Shown here piece by piece: positions 54,486-64,000 of a stretch of DNA of 64,000 nucleotides (position 1 is the first letter of the stretch; the number at the start of each line of letters is the position of its first letter). The stretch is taken from assembly GCA_001794025.1 (NCBI GenBank), contig MGJA01000003.1, positions 12,909 to 76,908 on the forward strand. Reading direction: 5' to 3'. A model generated the notes under the pieces. It saw only the letters and a program-made list of their open reading frames with translations, did not search any database and had not been told where the DNA came from. This DNA is from Candidatus Yanofskybacteria bacterium RIFCSPHIGHO2_01_FULL_41_21 (GTDB taxonomy: Bacteria; Patescibacteriota; Minisyncoccia; 2-02-FULL-40-12; GWA2-44-9). A program made the position numbers and the translations under genes.

Positions 54486-55433
54486 ATGGATACTAATTCA
54501 CAAATAAGTCGTTCTACGCCAAGAGATGTGTTTCTATATTTGTTGGGTTTGATTACACTTGTGATGAGTGCCGGCAGTTTTGGAATGCTTATTTATCAGT
54601 ATATTGATATTATATTTCCCGATGTTCTGCAGTACAACTATAGCACTCCAAGCGCAAACTATAGTTTAATTAGAACTGCGTTGGCAGTTCTCGTGGTTGT
54701 CTTCCCTGTATTTTTCTGGGTCAGTAGAACTTTACACAAAGATGTTGTATCCGAACCATCCAAACGTGATCTTCGTGTTCGTCGCTGGTTATTATCTTTT
54801 ACAATTTTAGTCGCCGGTCTAGTTATCATAGGTGATTTAATCACTTTGATCCAAAACTACTTGAATGGTGATTTAACCACAGCATTTATTTTGAAAGTTA
54901 TCACAGTGTTCTTTATCGCCGGTTCAACATTATTCTATTACCTCTCGGAATTACGTGATAGAACCTACCCTCGCAAGGCCTTTCAAATAGTTATTGTTGG
55001 TGTCGTTGTTTTATCCCTTGGCTACGGATTTTATCTTGCGGGTTCTCCAAAAAGTCAGCGTCTGGTTAGATTTGACGAGCAAAAAGTAAACGATCTCCAA
55101 ATGATCCAGAGTTACTTGGTTTCTAATTGGTGGCAAGTAAAGGGGTCACTTCCCAAAACACTTGACCTATTGAATGATCCAATATCCGGTTTCAGTGTCC
55201 CTGTTGATCCACAAAGCCAAGAATCATACGAATATATTTTGATTGGCGCTCGTGAATTTAAATTATGTGCAACGTTTAATCTTGATACGGTTAATCCCAA
55301 AGAGTCCGTTCCGGCGATATATCCGTACTATAATTGGCAACATGGCGCCGGCCGAGTTTGTTTTGATAGAACCATTGACCCGACGTTATATCCGGTAAAC
55401 CCAAAAGGTGAGCCAGTTCCGTTAAAATATTAA
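54486..55433 (+). CDS. Hypothetical membrane protein (4-5 TM)
   Basis: ATG right after the element. The track ORF start at 54372 is a TTG-initiated upstream extension that would include the element. Confidence 0.55.
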   Translation: MDTNSQISRSTPRDVFLYLLGLITLVMSAGSFGMLIYQYIDIIFPDVLQYNYSTPSANYSLIRTALAVLVVVFPVFFWVSRTLHKDVVSEPSKRDLRVRRWLLSFTILVAGLVIIGDLITLIQNYLNGDLTTAFILKVITVFFIAGSTLFYYLSELRDRTYPRKAFQIVIVGVVVLSLGYGFYLAGSPKSQRLVRFDEQKVNDLQMIQSYLVSNWWQVKGSLPKTLDLLNDPISGFSVPVDPQSQESYEYILIGAREFKLCATFNLDTVNPKESVPAIYPYYNWQHGAGRVCFDRTIDPTLYPVNPKGEPVPLKY

Positions 55434-55451
55434 AAAATAATATAAACAAAC

Positions 55452-55979
55452 ATGAAAAATATTCTTATGTACATTATAGTGATAGCAATTGTGGCGGTTG
55501 GAGTGTGGTTGTTTATGCGCAAGGGGAGTGACGGTGGCGGTTATGATATTGCTTTATTGCCTTCAGGTTCAGCAATTGTAGATTCTTCGGCGAGTGTTTC
55601 ACCGGTAGTTTCTGCGACACCTGCCGGCGAAGTCATTAAGACAGCCAGTGGTCTTCAGTATCAAGATCAAGTAATTGGAACCGGAGCCGTTGCTAAAGCT
55701 GGTCAGACCGTATCCGTCCAATATACGGGCACTCTTGCTGATGGTAAGAAATTTGATAGTTCATATGATCACGGTACCGAACCGTTTAGTTTTCAACTTG
55801 GCGCCGGTCAAGTTATTAAGGGTTGGGATGAAGGTGTCGCCGGTATGAAAGTCGGCGGTAAGCGCGTTCTTGTTATTCCTCCATCTCTTGGATATGGTTC
55901 CCAAGATGTTGGCAACGGTCTTATCCCGCCAAATTCAACTCTTATCTTTGAAGTGGAATTGGTTGGAGTAAAGAAGTAG
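55452..55979 (+). CDS. FKBP-type peptidyl-prolyl cis-trans isomerase with N-terminal TM anchor
   Basis: [38 protein letters not shown]...[17 protein letters not shown] signature. Confidence 0.85.
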   Translation: MKNILMYIIVIAIVAVGVWLFMRKGSDGGGYDIALLPSGSAIVDSSASVSPVVSATPAGEVIKTASGLQYQDQVIGTGAVAKAGQTVSVQYTGTLADGKKFDSSYDHGTEPFSFQLGAGQVIKGWDEGVAGMKVGGKRVLVIPPSLGYGSQDVGNGLIPPNSTLIFEVELVGVKK

Positions 55980-56006
55980 GACACTACTATCAAATATCAA
56001 GAAATA

Positions 56007-56035
56007 AAAACCCGCCTTACCGGCGGGTTTTTATT
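56007..56035. terminator. Intrinsic terminator after the FKBP gene
   Basis: AAAACCCGCC TTAC CGGCGGGTTTTTATTT. Confidence 0.65.
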
Positions 56036-56130
56036 TCAAATTATATTCCGTATCTGTCTGTATTTACACGAGCATTAATAAACCTTAATAGGGCTGTGGA
56101 TAACTTTTTTTTGGGATGGGGCAGGGGAGT

Positions 56131-56163
56131 CACAAGTTTAACTGGCTACCAGTTAAACTTGTG
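56131..56163. promoter_or_regulatory. Perfect 15-bp-arm palindrome (CACAAGTTTAACTGG-CTA-CCAGTTAAACTTGTG), a candidate operator upstream of the 56309 regulator
   Basis: Exact inverted repeat in an AT-rich promoter region ~150 nt upstream of a wHTH protein gene. Confidence 0.45.
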
Positions 56164-56308
56164 AATTTCTAAGTACCCTAAGTACTAATTTCTAAAATTT
56201 TTGATTTTATTAGTGTTTAGTAATTAGATAATTAGAAATTTTTAAATCCCCCACTCCCCCATTGTTATTTTTTTATTTTTTAGGTACAAAGAACTCATTC
56301 ATATCTAA

Positions 56309-56926
56309 ATGACCAAAGAATACCAAAAGCTATTTATCCGAATGATGACTTCCCTATTTCAGACCCAACAATCTGTGATTGATTTGTTTTTTAAAAATCG
56401 GCTAAATGAGGATACTGAACATTTAATAAGTGGACACATTCAATACCAGGTTGATCTATCAGAAGAATCCCGTCGGGATTTTATCAGAACCTTGAAGGAC
56501 TTGAATAAAACCTTACAGGAAATTATTTATCTAGAAAAAGGTGATATTATTCAACTTTCTATTACCCAAGAACAAGTTCTTAGATATTTATTGAGTTTTA
56601 TTCAAGGGATTCAAATTAAAAAAGAAATTTCAAATAAAGTTGAAGTTGTGACTGAACCAACTGAACCAACTGAACCAACCCCTTTAATTACTGCTTCATC
56701 ACCAGTAGTTTGGAAAACCAAACAAGGCAAAGGAAAATTAACCAAAACCCAAGAGCAGATTTTAGAATTCGTTCGGAAAGAACCGGATTGCAGAACCAAA
56801 GATGTTATGAACCAATTTAGTGTTCTATCCCAACGAACTGTAAAACGTGGCCTGAAGGAATTAAACGAAGAAGGAAAGATTGCAAAAAGAATTGAACGTG
56901 GGGCGGTTTACTATTCAGCCAAATAA
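56309..56926 (+). CDS. Hypothetical regulator with C-terminal winged-HTH and TEPTEPTEP repeat linker
   Basis: C-terminus ILEFVRKEPDCRTKDVMNQFSVLSQRTVKRGLKELNEEGKI is wHTH-like. (ACTGAACCA)x3 tandem repeat at 56654-56680. Confidence 0.45.
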   Translation: MTKEYQKLFIRMMTSLFQTQQSVIDLFFKNRLNEDTEHLISGHIQYQVDLSEESRRDFIRTLKDLNKTLQEIIYLEKGDIIQLSITQEQVLRYLLSFIQGIQIKKEISNKVEVVTEPTEPTEPTPLITASSPVVWKTKQGKGKLTKTQEQILEFVRKEPDCRTKDVMNQFSVLSQRTVKRGLKELNEEGKIAKRIERGAVYYSAK

Positions 56927-57060
56927 TAAAGTTTGAGATTTGAGGCCTGTCATGAATTGGGTTGCGTGATCATTATCCCTTCTTGATTAACATATCCTAT
57001 TTAATAAAAGTATAAAATCTTTTATTATGAATCATGGCAGGCCTGAAACCTTAACTCATC

Positions 57061-58047
57061 ATGAACGATTTTCGGAACAGGTTGATATTTGTGGGGTCTT
57101 TGGGGGTAGTTTTTATTTTTACTCTTATCTTTAGTTATGGCCCAGGATATGGCGGTCGCCTCTCGGCATTTTTAGGTAATAATGTCACCAATTCTCCAAA
57201 AATGTCACCTAGTGACATGGTGACACCGATGGTGACACAAAAAAAGATGGTGACATTACAAAATGTCACCAATGTCACCACCGTGTCACCAACTCTGTCA
57301 CCATCCCTTTATAATGACAGCCAGTATTACTCTGTGTCACCATCGGTGACACCATTGTCATCTGATGTCACCACCGTGTCACCAACTTTGTCACCACAGA
57401 CAAGTGTGTCACCATCTCTTTCTACTACTCCACGTTCGACAACATCAACACCTCAACCATCGGAAACACCGAGTCCGACTCCATCGCCTACCCAAACACC
57501 GACACCAACTTCTGTGACAATTGATGTCGGTTCAGTGGTTATTAATGAAATTGCCTGGATGGGGACAGGAGGGACAGCAAAATTATCAAATGATGAATGG
57601 ATAGAGCTTTATAATACGACTAGCCGAACAATTGATTTGACCGGCTGGATTCTGAAATCACTTACTGGTACTTCTCCAGATCCTCAAATTGCTTTATCTA
57701 ATTCAATTCAACCTTTCGGGTTCTACCTTCTTGAAAGAACTGATGATACAACTGTGTCTAATATTTTAGCCGGCCAGGTTTATACTGGTTCGCTGTTGGA
57801 TACCGGCGAAAATTTAGAACTTGTAGCTCCATCAGGTTTATTGATTGATGCGGTTCGTAGTGAAGGGTTATGGTATGCAGGCAATAAAGAAGGCAGATTT
57901 TCAATGGAACGCATAGATTCTAGTAAATTTGGGGATATTAGTAATAATTGGGGTACGAACAACGGCTTAATAGTAAATGGTTTAAATAGTGATGATGGCC
58001 CGATTAACGGCACACCGGGTGCGCCCAATAGTGTTACTACTCCATAA
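57061..58047 (+). CDS. Membrane-anchored lamin-tail-domain (LTD) protein with S/T/P-rich linker
   Basis: VVINEIAWMGT...NDEWIELYNTTSRTIDLTGWIL LTD signature; N-terminal TM. The linker DNA is full of GTGACA/TGTCAC repeats. Confidence 0.6.
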   Translation: MNDFRNRLIFVGSLGVVFIFTLIFSYGPGYGGRLSAFLGNNVTNSPKMSPSDMVTPMVTQKKMVTLQNVTNVTTVSPTLSPSLYNDSQYYSVSPSVTPLSSDVTTVSPTLSPQTSVSPSLSTTPRSTTSTPQPSETPSPTPSPTQTPTPTSVTIDVGSVVINEIAWMGTGGTAKLSNDEWIELYNTTSRTIDLTGWILKSLTGTSPDPQIALSNSIQPFGFYLLERTDDTTVSNILAGQVYTGSLLDTGENLELVAPSGLLIDAVRSEGLWYAGNKEGRFSMERIDSSKFGDISNNWGTNNGLIVNGLNSDDGPINGTPGAPNSVTTP

Positions 58048-58666
58048 TGCTTTATCCACAATTCAGCTCTTGCTTGCTTTTTTAAACAAGATACAATTAG
58101 TTTCAAGAGTTATATTGGGACGGGTCCCAGCTGGGGTTAGAACCAGCAAATATCCAGAGATATATTGACTTCTATAGTTGGTTACGCTAGTATTAACAGG
58201 CATCGGATAAGGCAATAATAAGCAAGCAAAACAGCCAAAATCTATGTAACATTTCCCATAAATTTACTGTATATAACCATTGTCGGTTATTTTTGGGTTG
58301 AATGAGCTTCCTACCCCTGTAAACTAGAAACTGTAAACTAGTTCCCAGAGGTAGAAAGCCCAGGAGAGGACATTGAAAATCAGGTCAAAAGAAATGATTG
58401 TTCTAGAATAGAAAGTTGTTAAATTTCCACTTTAAGATTGTGTTTAGTTTTAGATTGAGTTGGGAGTGAGAATTTCTTGGTTGCTTGGTCGAGCAAAAGC
58501 ATAAGAAGTTTTTACGACAAGAATAGTGACGGTTGTTTTCGTATAGTAATTAAAATTCTGTTCTACGTTTCATAAGGTACCCTCGTATTAACCTTCCGAA
58601 GCTTTATGCGGAGGAGGTCGCGATCGGCACTGGAACCGTAAAATAGAAATAAATAGTAAAAATAAA

Positions 58667-61600
58667 ATGTCTAATCCTTTAAACGGAACTCGTCCGGTTT
58701 TTGTAAAAACCGTGTCAGTTCTCACTTCGGTAGCGACCATGTTGTCGTTATCGGGAGCGGCCTACCTTGCGCCTTTAACAGCGGTGGCGGCTGTTCCGTC
58801 CGATTATGGCCTTACAGAAGGCAACACGATTAGCGCTTCAGGAACAAATGATCCTGATGTCTATATCGTAAACGAACTTGGATACAAGAGATTGTTCTTG
58901 AATCCAGTTATCTTTGGTTTCTATGGTCACCTTGGCGGTTTCGCTAATGTGAAGAGTGTTACTGCAGCTGCCCGCGACGCTTTCCCGACTTCTGGTTTGT
59001 TCCGCAATTGCGAAACGAATGCTCAACAGGTCTGGGCCGTTGAAGTAACTGCTGAAGATACCGGTGTCTTCCATAAAGTTGTAATGTCAGGCGACCAAGC
59101 TGTTGCCGAAGATGCCAACTTTTTCAAGAAGGTGTTCTGTATCAATAACAACGAACAGAATTGGTATCCAAAAAGTTCAGTTGATTACACTTCATTAAGT
59201 CAGGTTCCGGTTTACGCTCGTGTCCCGGGTGCAACCCCAACCCCAAGCTATGGAGCGTTGTCAGTCGGTTTAGCATCATCTAATCCTGCTTCCGGCACGA
59301 TTGTTGATGGTCAAGCCAGATATAACTTGGCCGAGTTTACATTTACTGGTGGCGGAACCGTTAATTCTGTTAAATTAAAAAGAATTGGTGTTTCTGCTGA
59401 TGCTTCATTAACAAATGTTTATTTGTATGATGGCACCAGGAGATTAACTGATTCAGCCACTGTTTCCAGTAGTGAAATATACTTCAACGATGCTGGTGGT
59501 TTATTCACTGTAGCCGGCGCCAAGACCATATCAGTTATGGCTGATGTTGACGGCTCTTCAGGTGAAACAATCGGTGTCCAGCTTATTGCTTGGAACGGAA
59601 ACACTGTAAGTATTTCCGGCAACTTGCATAATATTGCTACCGCCACATTGGCGACAGTTGCTTTAGCTGCGCTTACTGCCCCAGCCGATGCTACCAACGA
59701 TGGTGTTGATGAAACCGGTGTTGCTCAAGAACCGGCAAATGATGTTGTCGTTTGGAATGATACCGTTACTGTTGGTCAGAGGTATGTTTGGTTGAAATCG
59801 GTTCAACTCAGAGTTGTTGGTTCAGCAGGAGTTGATGATGTTCAAAACTTCCGACTTATGGTTGATGGTGTCTATGTTGGCTCTGCTATCGCTCGACGTG
59901 ATGCTGTTAGTGGATACATAGTATTTGACTTGACCGGCGCCCCAGTTAAATTAGAAACCGGCGGTCGTATTATAAAAGTGGTCGCAGATGTTGTCGGTGG
60001 TTCCAGTAAGGATTTCCATCTCTCCTTGAGACAGAAGTCCGATATTTGGGCCGTTGATTCCCAGTACTCTGCTGCCGTATTGGCAACAGGTACATTCCCA
60101 ATTGGAGATGTTGACAACGAATTAGAAATTTCAGCCGGTACTTTGACCGTTACCAAGACGACTGATTCGCCTTCCGGTGATGTTGTTAAAGATGCTTCCG
60201 GTGTTGTCTTAGCTCGATTTGAGCTCAAGGCCGCCGGTGAAAGGATGAAGATTGAAAACCTTCGCATCAACAATACCAGCGATGTTGCATCATTATCATT
60301 TAGAAATGCTGCCTTATTCGCTAATGATGGTATGGGTGGTGGTATGGTTCAGGTTGGTTCAACCACAACTCTTTGGGACGATGAGACCGTAACCGCGTCA
60401 AACAGTACCAAGTATGCGGAAGTTTCCTTGGGATCTTCATTGATTGTTGATCCGGGCAAACCACGTCTATTGGAAATTAGAGCAGATATCTTTGATTCTA
60501 CTGGTACCAACAACGTTGCGGCTAACCAAACATTTGCCGCGCAAATCGCAGTCGGTTCGTCCAACGTCCAACGCTTGACGACACTGGACTACGTTAATGG
60601 TCCAAGTTCTGTTAAGACCGGTACGACATTGACGATTAAGACAGGTTCATTATCAGCCGGTAAATACACCGGTTATGCTAACCAGTCGGTTGTTGATCCG
60701 AAGAATAATGTCAAAGTTGGTCACTTCACAATAACGGCTGCTTCTTCTGAAGACGTTAATATCAGCTCAGTTGATATAATGCCTCAGTTGGTAAGTGGTA
60801 CCAGTTTTGATGGTGGCGAACTTGATGATTCGTATGTCGTAATCAAGAATGATCTTGGTGCGACGATTTACACTTCACCGATCAAGGCCGCTATGTCCGA
60901 GAGTGCCAGTTCAAGCTTCTCAACGAACTTCACATTGCCCAAGAACAAGACCTATCAAGTTGAGGTTTGGGCAAATGTTGATTCCGGTATTACCGCGACT
61001 GACGCAGTCCGACTCGTATTCAGCGCCACTGGAACAACGGCTGGTTCAAGTACATCCAGCACTTCAGATGTCGTAGTTGGTCAGACGATAACTTCTCAAA
61101 CAGGTTCATTGTCTAAAGCCAATGGTTCCTTGCCGGCTGCCCGCTTGATAAATGGTGGTACTACAGTAACTGGTTACCAATTCACTTTGACACCAACCTA
61201 TGATGACTTCTATCTTGACGAGGTCTATGTTGACCTTTCAAGTACAACAGCATCATCTACAGGTGCAGTGTCAAATCTTATCTTGAAGAATGGTGGTACA
61301 ACCCTTGCTTCAGCGACAGTAAGTTCAACCACCGGCTCGGCTTCATTCACTGGTCTTAATTTGTTGATGAGCCAAGCAGGCGGAACTCAGACCTTTACTG
61401 TTGATGTAGTGTTGGCTAATGTCGGTGTCGGAGCAAACGATACCGCCGGTGTTGTCACCGTCCGCTTGGATGGCTTGAAATACCGAGATAGTGCCGGATC
61501 AATCACCACTGAAAATGGTTTTGCTCCTGGAACTTATGGCGGTAATGCTAACAACGTGGTCAAAGGTTATCCGACCTTTACTAATGCCTCGTTACCTACA

Positions 61601-62110
61601 ACCACTTTAAGCGCCGGTTCAATGGTCTTGTTTAAGACCGTCGTCAGTGCCACGGGTGGCCAAGTAGCATGGAATAACATTACCTTCACGGTGGCATCAA
61701 ATTCTGGTCTTATCACCATCGCCACCAGTTCTTATCAGATTTGGGAGAATGGTGTTGATATCACTGCCGATTCCGTCGGTGCTACGGCCAGCGACAGTTA
61801 CAGTGGTAGTAACGACCGAATAGAGTTCAGCTTCGCTACAGAGCGTGCTATCTCTGTTGGTAGTCCGTCTACCATTGAATTGAGAGCGACCGTTGGTGGC
61901 ACTATTTCAGCCGGTAACTCGGTTAGTGTCCAGGTTGCCAATCCAAAAGGAACAACTGTATCCGTTGATGATTCTACAAATCAACAGGATTCCGGTGCTT
62001 CCTTCGTCTGGTCTGATCAATCATCTCCATCTCATGCCACTACTACGGATGACTGGTTCACTGATGGTCTAGTCAAGACATTGGCCGCTACTCAAACGGT
62101 TACGAAGTAA
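58667..62110 (+). CDS. Large secreted cell-surface protein (1147 aa; beta-rich repeats) with N-terminal conserved ~150-aa domain
   Basis: Signal/TM at the N-terminus. S/T/G/V-rich repetitive beta-strand composition. The N-terminal domain is shared with the C-terminus of the next protein. Confidence 0.6.
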   Translation: MSNPLNGTRPVFVKTVSVLTSVATMLSLSGAAYLAPLTAVAAVPSDYGLTEGNTISASGTNDPDVYIVNELGYKRLFLNPVIFGFYGHLGGFANVKSVTAAARDAFPTSGLFRNCETNAQQVWAVEVTAEDTGVFHKVVMSGDQAVAEDANFFKKVFCINNNEQNWYPKSSVDYTSLSQVPVYARVPGATPTPSYGALSVGLASSNPASGTIVDGQARYNLAEFTFTGGGTVNSVKLKRIGVSADASLTNVYLYDGTRRLTDSATVSSSEIYFNDAGGLFTVAGAKTISVMADVDGSSGETIGVQLIAWNGNTVSISGNLHNIATATLATVALAALTAPADATNDGVDETGVAQEPANDVVVWNDTVTVGQRYVWLKSVQLRVVGSAGVDDVQNFRLMVDGVYVGSAIARRDAVSGYIVFDLTGAPVKLETGGRIIKVVADVVGGSSKDFHLSLRQKSDIWAVDSQYSAAVLATGTFPIGDVDNELEISAGTLTVTKTTDSPSGDVVKDASGVVLARFELKAAGERMKIENLRINNTSDVASLSFRNAALFANDGMGGGMVQVGSTTTLWDDETVTASNSTKYAEVSLGSSLIVDPGKPRLLEIRADIFDSTGTNNVAANQTFAAQIAVGSSNVQRLTTLDYVNGPSSVKTGTTLTIKTGSLSAGKYTGYANQSVVDPKNNVKVGHFTITAASSEDVNISSVDIMPQLVSGTSFDGGELDDSYVVIKNDLGATIYTSPIKAAMSESASSSFSTNFTLPKNKTYQVEVWANVDSGITATDAVRLVFSATGTTAGSSTSSTSDVVVGQTITSQTGSLSKANGSLPAARLINGGTTVTGYQFTLTPTYDDFYLDEVYVDLSSTTASSTGAVSNLILKNGGTTLASATVSSTTGSASFTGLNLLMSQAGGTQTFTVDVVLANVGVGANDTAGVVTVRLDGLKYRDSAGSITTENGFAPGTYGGNANNVVKGYPTFTNASLPTTTLSAGSMVLFKTVVSATGGQVAWNNITFTVASNSGLITIATSSYQIWENGVDITADSVGATASDSYSGSNDRIEFSFATERAISVGSPSTIELRATVGGTISAGNSVSVQVANPKGTTVSVDDSTNQQDSGASFVWSDQSSPSHATTTDDWFTDGLVKTLAATQTVTK

Positions 62111-62233
62111 CCTAGTTAACATCGGGATTCGTGCGATGACGTTTCTCGTAACCAACCCCTCCGAGCTTAGCTCGGCGGGGTTTTGGTTTGGGTTGTGCAC
62201 AGTCACTACATATTTTTTTGATACAATTAATAC

Positions 62234-63310
62234 ATGTATAAATACACGATTATAGTTATATTGTTGATCAGCTCTCTATCTGGATTGTTTTGGCGTGCAT
62301 CTGCCGAAGAAGGACCAACACTAACGGCTACTTTGGATGGTCAAACACCAATAACGAAAAGTATACCAGCCGATTCCCAATATGTTGATGTGGCCCGAAT
62401 CACTTTAACCGCCTCCGTCGGCGACGTGTATCTGAAAGGTATTTATTTAGGGACAGATATAGCAGGTGGTTTGAGTAATTTTACCAACATTTATATATAC
62501 GACACGTACGATTCTGCTTTGGTTGGCACTTATCCTAATCTAAGTGAAAATCCTAATTTGGTAGAGTTTGGATCAGCAATTGTTATAGGAAATGGTAATA
62601 CTCCTAAGACGTATTTAGTGAAGGCGAGCTTATCATCTTCGGCTACCGGCAATGTGCGGGTTGGTTTCAGTGGATTCACTTTTTCAACTCTGGCTACACC
62701 AACTTTGGTTGGTGTTCCAATCTATGGCAATGTAATGACTTTACCGGGAACCGTGGTTACCCCAACACCCACGCCTTCACCAGATACTCCGGTGAGCACG
62801 GCAACCCCAACACCAACTACTACACCCCAACCAACAGCTAGTCCATCTTTGATGGTCACTCCGACCTCACTTGGTTTTACTAGCTTATCTGCTCTGGGTT
62901 TAAGTGAAGGTAATACTATTAGTGCTATTAATTCAGATGACCCTGATATTTATATTGTTAATGATTGGGGATACAAGAGATTATTTCTAAATCCCGCTAT
63001 TTTCAATTTCTACGGTCATTTAGGTGGGTTTGCCAAAGTTAAAAATATCCCATCATCAACAAAGGCCGTCTTAGTAACTTCGGGTTTATTCAGAAATTGT
63101 GAGACAGATGATTCTAAGGTTTATGGTCTAGAGACAACCGGTGAAGATACAGGCATGTTGCATTGGATCAATACTTCGGGTACTCAAGCCGTGGCTGATA
63201 ATCCCGATTTCTTTAAAAAGGTATTCTGTGTCAACACTAAAGAATTTAACTGGTATTCCAAAGGTTCGGATTATACTTCAGTTAGTCAGGTGCCGGACTA
63301 TTCTCGGTAG
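62234..63310 (+). CDS. Secreted surface protein (358 aa) ending in the same ~150-aa conserved domain
   Basis: Signal peptide, T/P-rich linker TPTPTPSPDTPVSTATPTPTTTPQPT, and C-terminal EGNTISA...YKRLFLNP...GLFRNCET...FFKKVFC domain. Confidence 0.6.
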   Translation: MYKYTIIVILLISSLSGLFWRASAEEGPTLTATLDGQTPITKSIPADSQYVDVARITLTASVGDVYLKGIYLGTDIAGGLSNFTNIYIYDTYDSALVGTYPNLSENPNLVEFGSAIVIGNGNTPKTYLVKASLSSSATGNVRVGFSGFTFSTLATPTLVGVPIYGNVMTLPGTVVTPTPTPSPDTPVSTATPTPTTTPQPTASPSLMVTPTSLGFTSLSALGLSEGNTISAINSDDPDIYIVNDWGYKRLFLNPAIFNFYGHLGGFAKVKNIPSSTKAVLVTSGLFRNCETDDSKVYGLETTGEDTGMLHWINTSGTQAVADNPDFFKKVFCVNTKEFNWYSKGSDYTSVSQVPDYSR

Positions 63311-63413
63311 AGGAATGATGGCCAAAAAGGTTATTTGCCCTTGACAACGTAGTATTTAGTTATCAACAGTATTAATTATTGACGGTTAGTAGGGTGGTGT
63401 ATAATTGTTTTAT

Positions 63414-64000
63414 ATGAAAAACTACATAAAAACTATCTCTTCGGGGTTGGTTTTCGGTTTAGTGGTCGTTCTCGCTTTGGTTATTTATCCCAATAACGCA
63501 AAAGCAGCTGACGATGGTGAGTTTGTATATTTCAGGATTGATACGGAACTAGATGTTTTAAATGACAAGGGGGTAACTGTGGAATGGTCTTGTAGTGGTA
63601 CGGCTTCTGGTTCTATCACTGAGACCGCCGGTGGCATTGCTTCTGAAAGCACCCAGTTGATAGACGGTATTGTTAAAGTTGCTTCTGCTTCCAAGGAAAT
63701 GACGGATGCAACCTGTATTTTTGGTACTAGTGACACTATACAGGCAAAAGTTTCTATTGATGGCTGGGTGACCAGGAGATGGTCTATAGCTCTTCCGGCT
63801 TCAACTAGTTCAGTTTTTAGTACATATGCTAGTCAGGATTATAATCTTATAGTGGGGCTTATTAAAGATGAACTTGGAGGAGCACTGGTGGTGGACGGCA
63901 CAACTGCTTCGGCTTCTTACGGTGGCACAACGGCTTCGTCGTCATATAGTGGTGGTTACAAATATATCGCTGCTACTGCCGATGGTACTTTAACCGGTGG
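63414..64000 (+). CDS. Secreted protein, 5' portion (runs off the window end)
   Basis: ATG at 63414, signal peptide SSGLVFGLVVVLALVIYPNNAKA, open to the window end. Confidence 0.5.
   Translation, partial: MKNYIKTISSGLVFGLVVVLALVIYPNNAKAADDGEFVYFRIDTELDVLNDKGVTVEWSCSGTASGSITETAGGIASESTQLIDGIVKVASASKEMTDATCIFGTSDTIQAKVSIDGWVTRRWSIALPASTSSVFSTYASQDYNLIVGLIKDELGGALVVDGTTASASYGGTTASSSYSGGYKYIAATADGTLTG

Noticed and set aside
1-64000. UGA recoding (code 25) as the explanation for the missing RF2 domain
   Set aside because: uppP (2176-2178) ends in TGA at the position expected from homologs, and the ORF track shows no systematic read-through. Standard code 11 applies.
1-64000. CRISPR array or rRNA operon
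   Set aside because: No regularly spaced short direct repeats with unique spacers, and no rRNA-like conserved stretches, were seen in either strand.

Overview
The window reads as a low-GC, gene-dense bacterial chromosome segment that I interpret as a small-genome, CPR-like fermentative organism. Evidence for that reading: compact housekeeping genes, an xfp-ackA phosphoketolase pathway, many plus-strand runs, and LAGLIDADG, Fic and PD-(D/E)XK cargo. Standard genetic code: TGA is used as a stop codon. The backbone carries rnc (3' end), rpsP, tsaC, uppP, parA, parB, a short-form relA/spoT, topA, dprA, tpiA, pgk, nrnA-like, rnhA, RNase P RNA, an EPS/glycosyltransferase cluster, murJ, lepA, ftsB-like, an N-terminally truncated RF2, ftsEX, murI, lexA, xfp-ackA, a csp, an FKBP, and large surface proteins. 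Three tRNAs are present (Leu-CAA, Thr-CGU, Gln-CUG). No rRNA and no CRISPR array were seen. Several unusual accessory structures stand out, each treated in its own finding. (1) A type II R-M operon is flanked by perfect 172-bp inverted copies of a MITE-like repeat. A third, diverged copy abuts a GC-rich foreign island. (2) Immediately downstream of tRNA-Gln lies an ~11-kb co-directional array of about 17 small genes, cassette-like in that the units are separated by recurring intergenic sequence modules and 13-bp direct repeats, with no integrase in the window. The genes include NucS/Shedu-like PD-(D/E)XK nucleases, Fic, a MazG-like protein, a pRiA4b-ORF3-like protein, a methyltransferase, a PLP decarboxylase, and an uncharacterised tightly linked three-gene unit. 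(3) A family of palindrome-ended elements (CCCGTTAGAAGT...ACTTCTAACGGG) sits directly against start codons, and one copy is inserted in frame inside a CDS. A separate 20-bp perfect palindrome is inserted in frame in two unrelated genes. (4) The RF2 homolog lacks domain 1 and shows no programmed frameshift site. (5) lepA carries in-frame low-complexity, tandem-7-mer inserts. All calls rest on motif recognition by eye; no database search was run.
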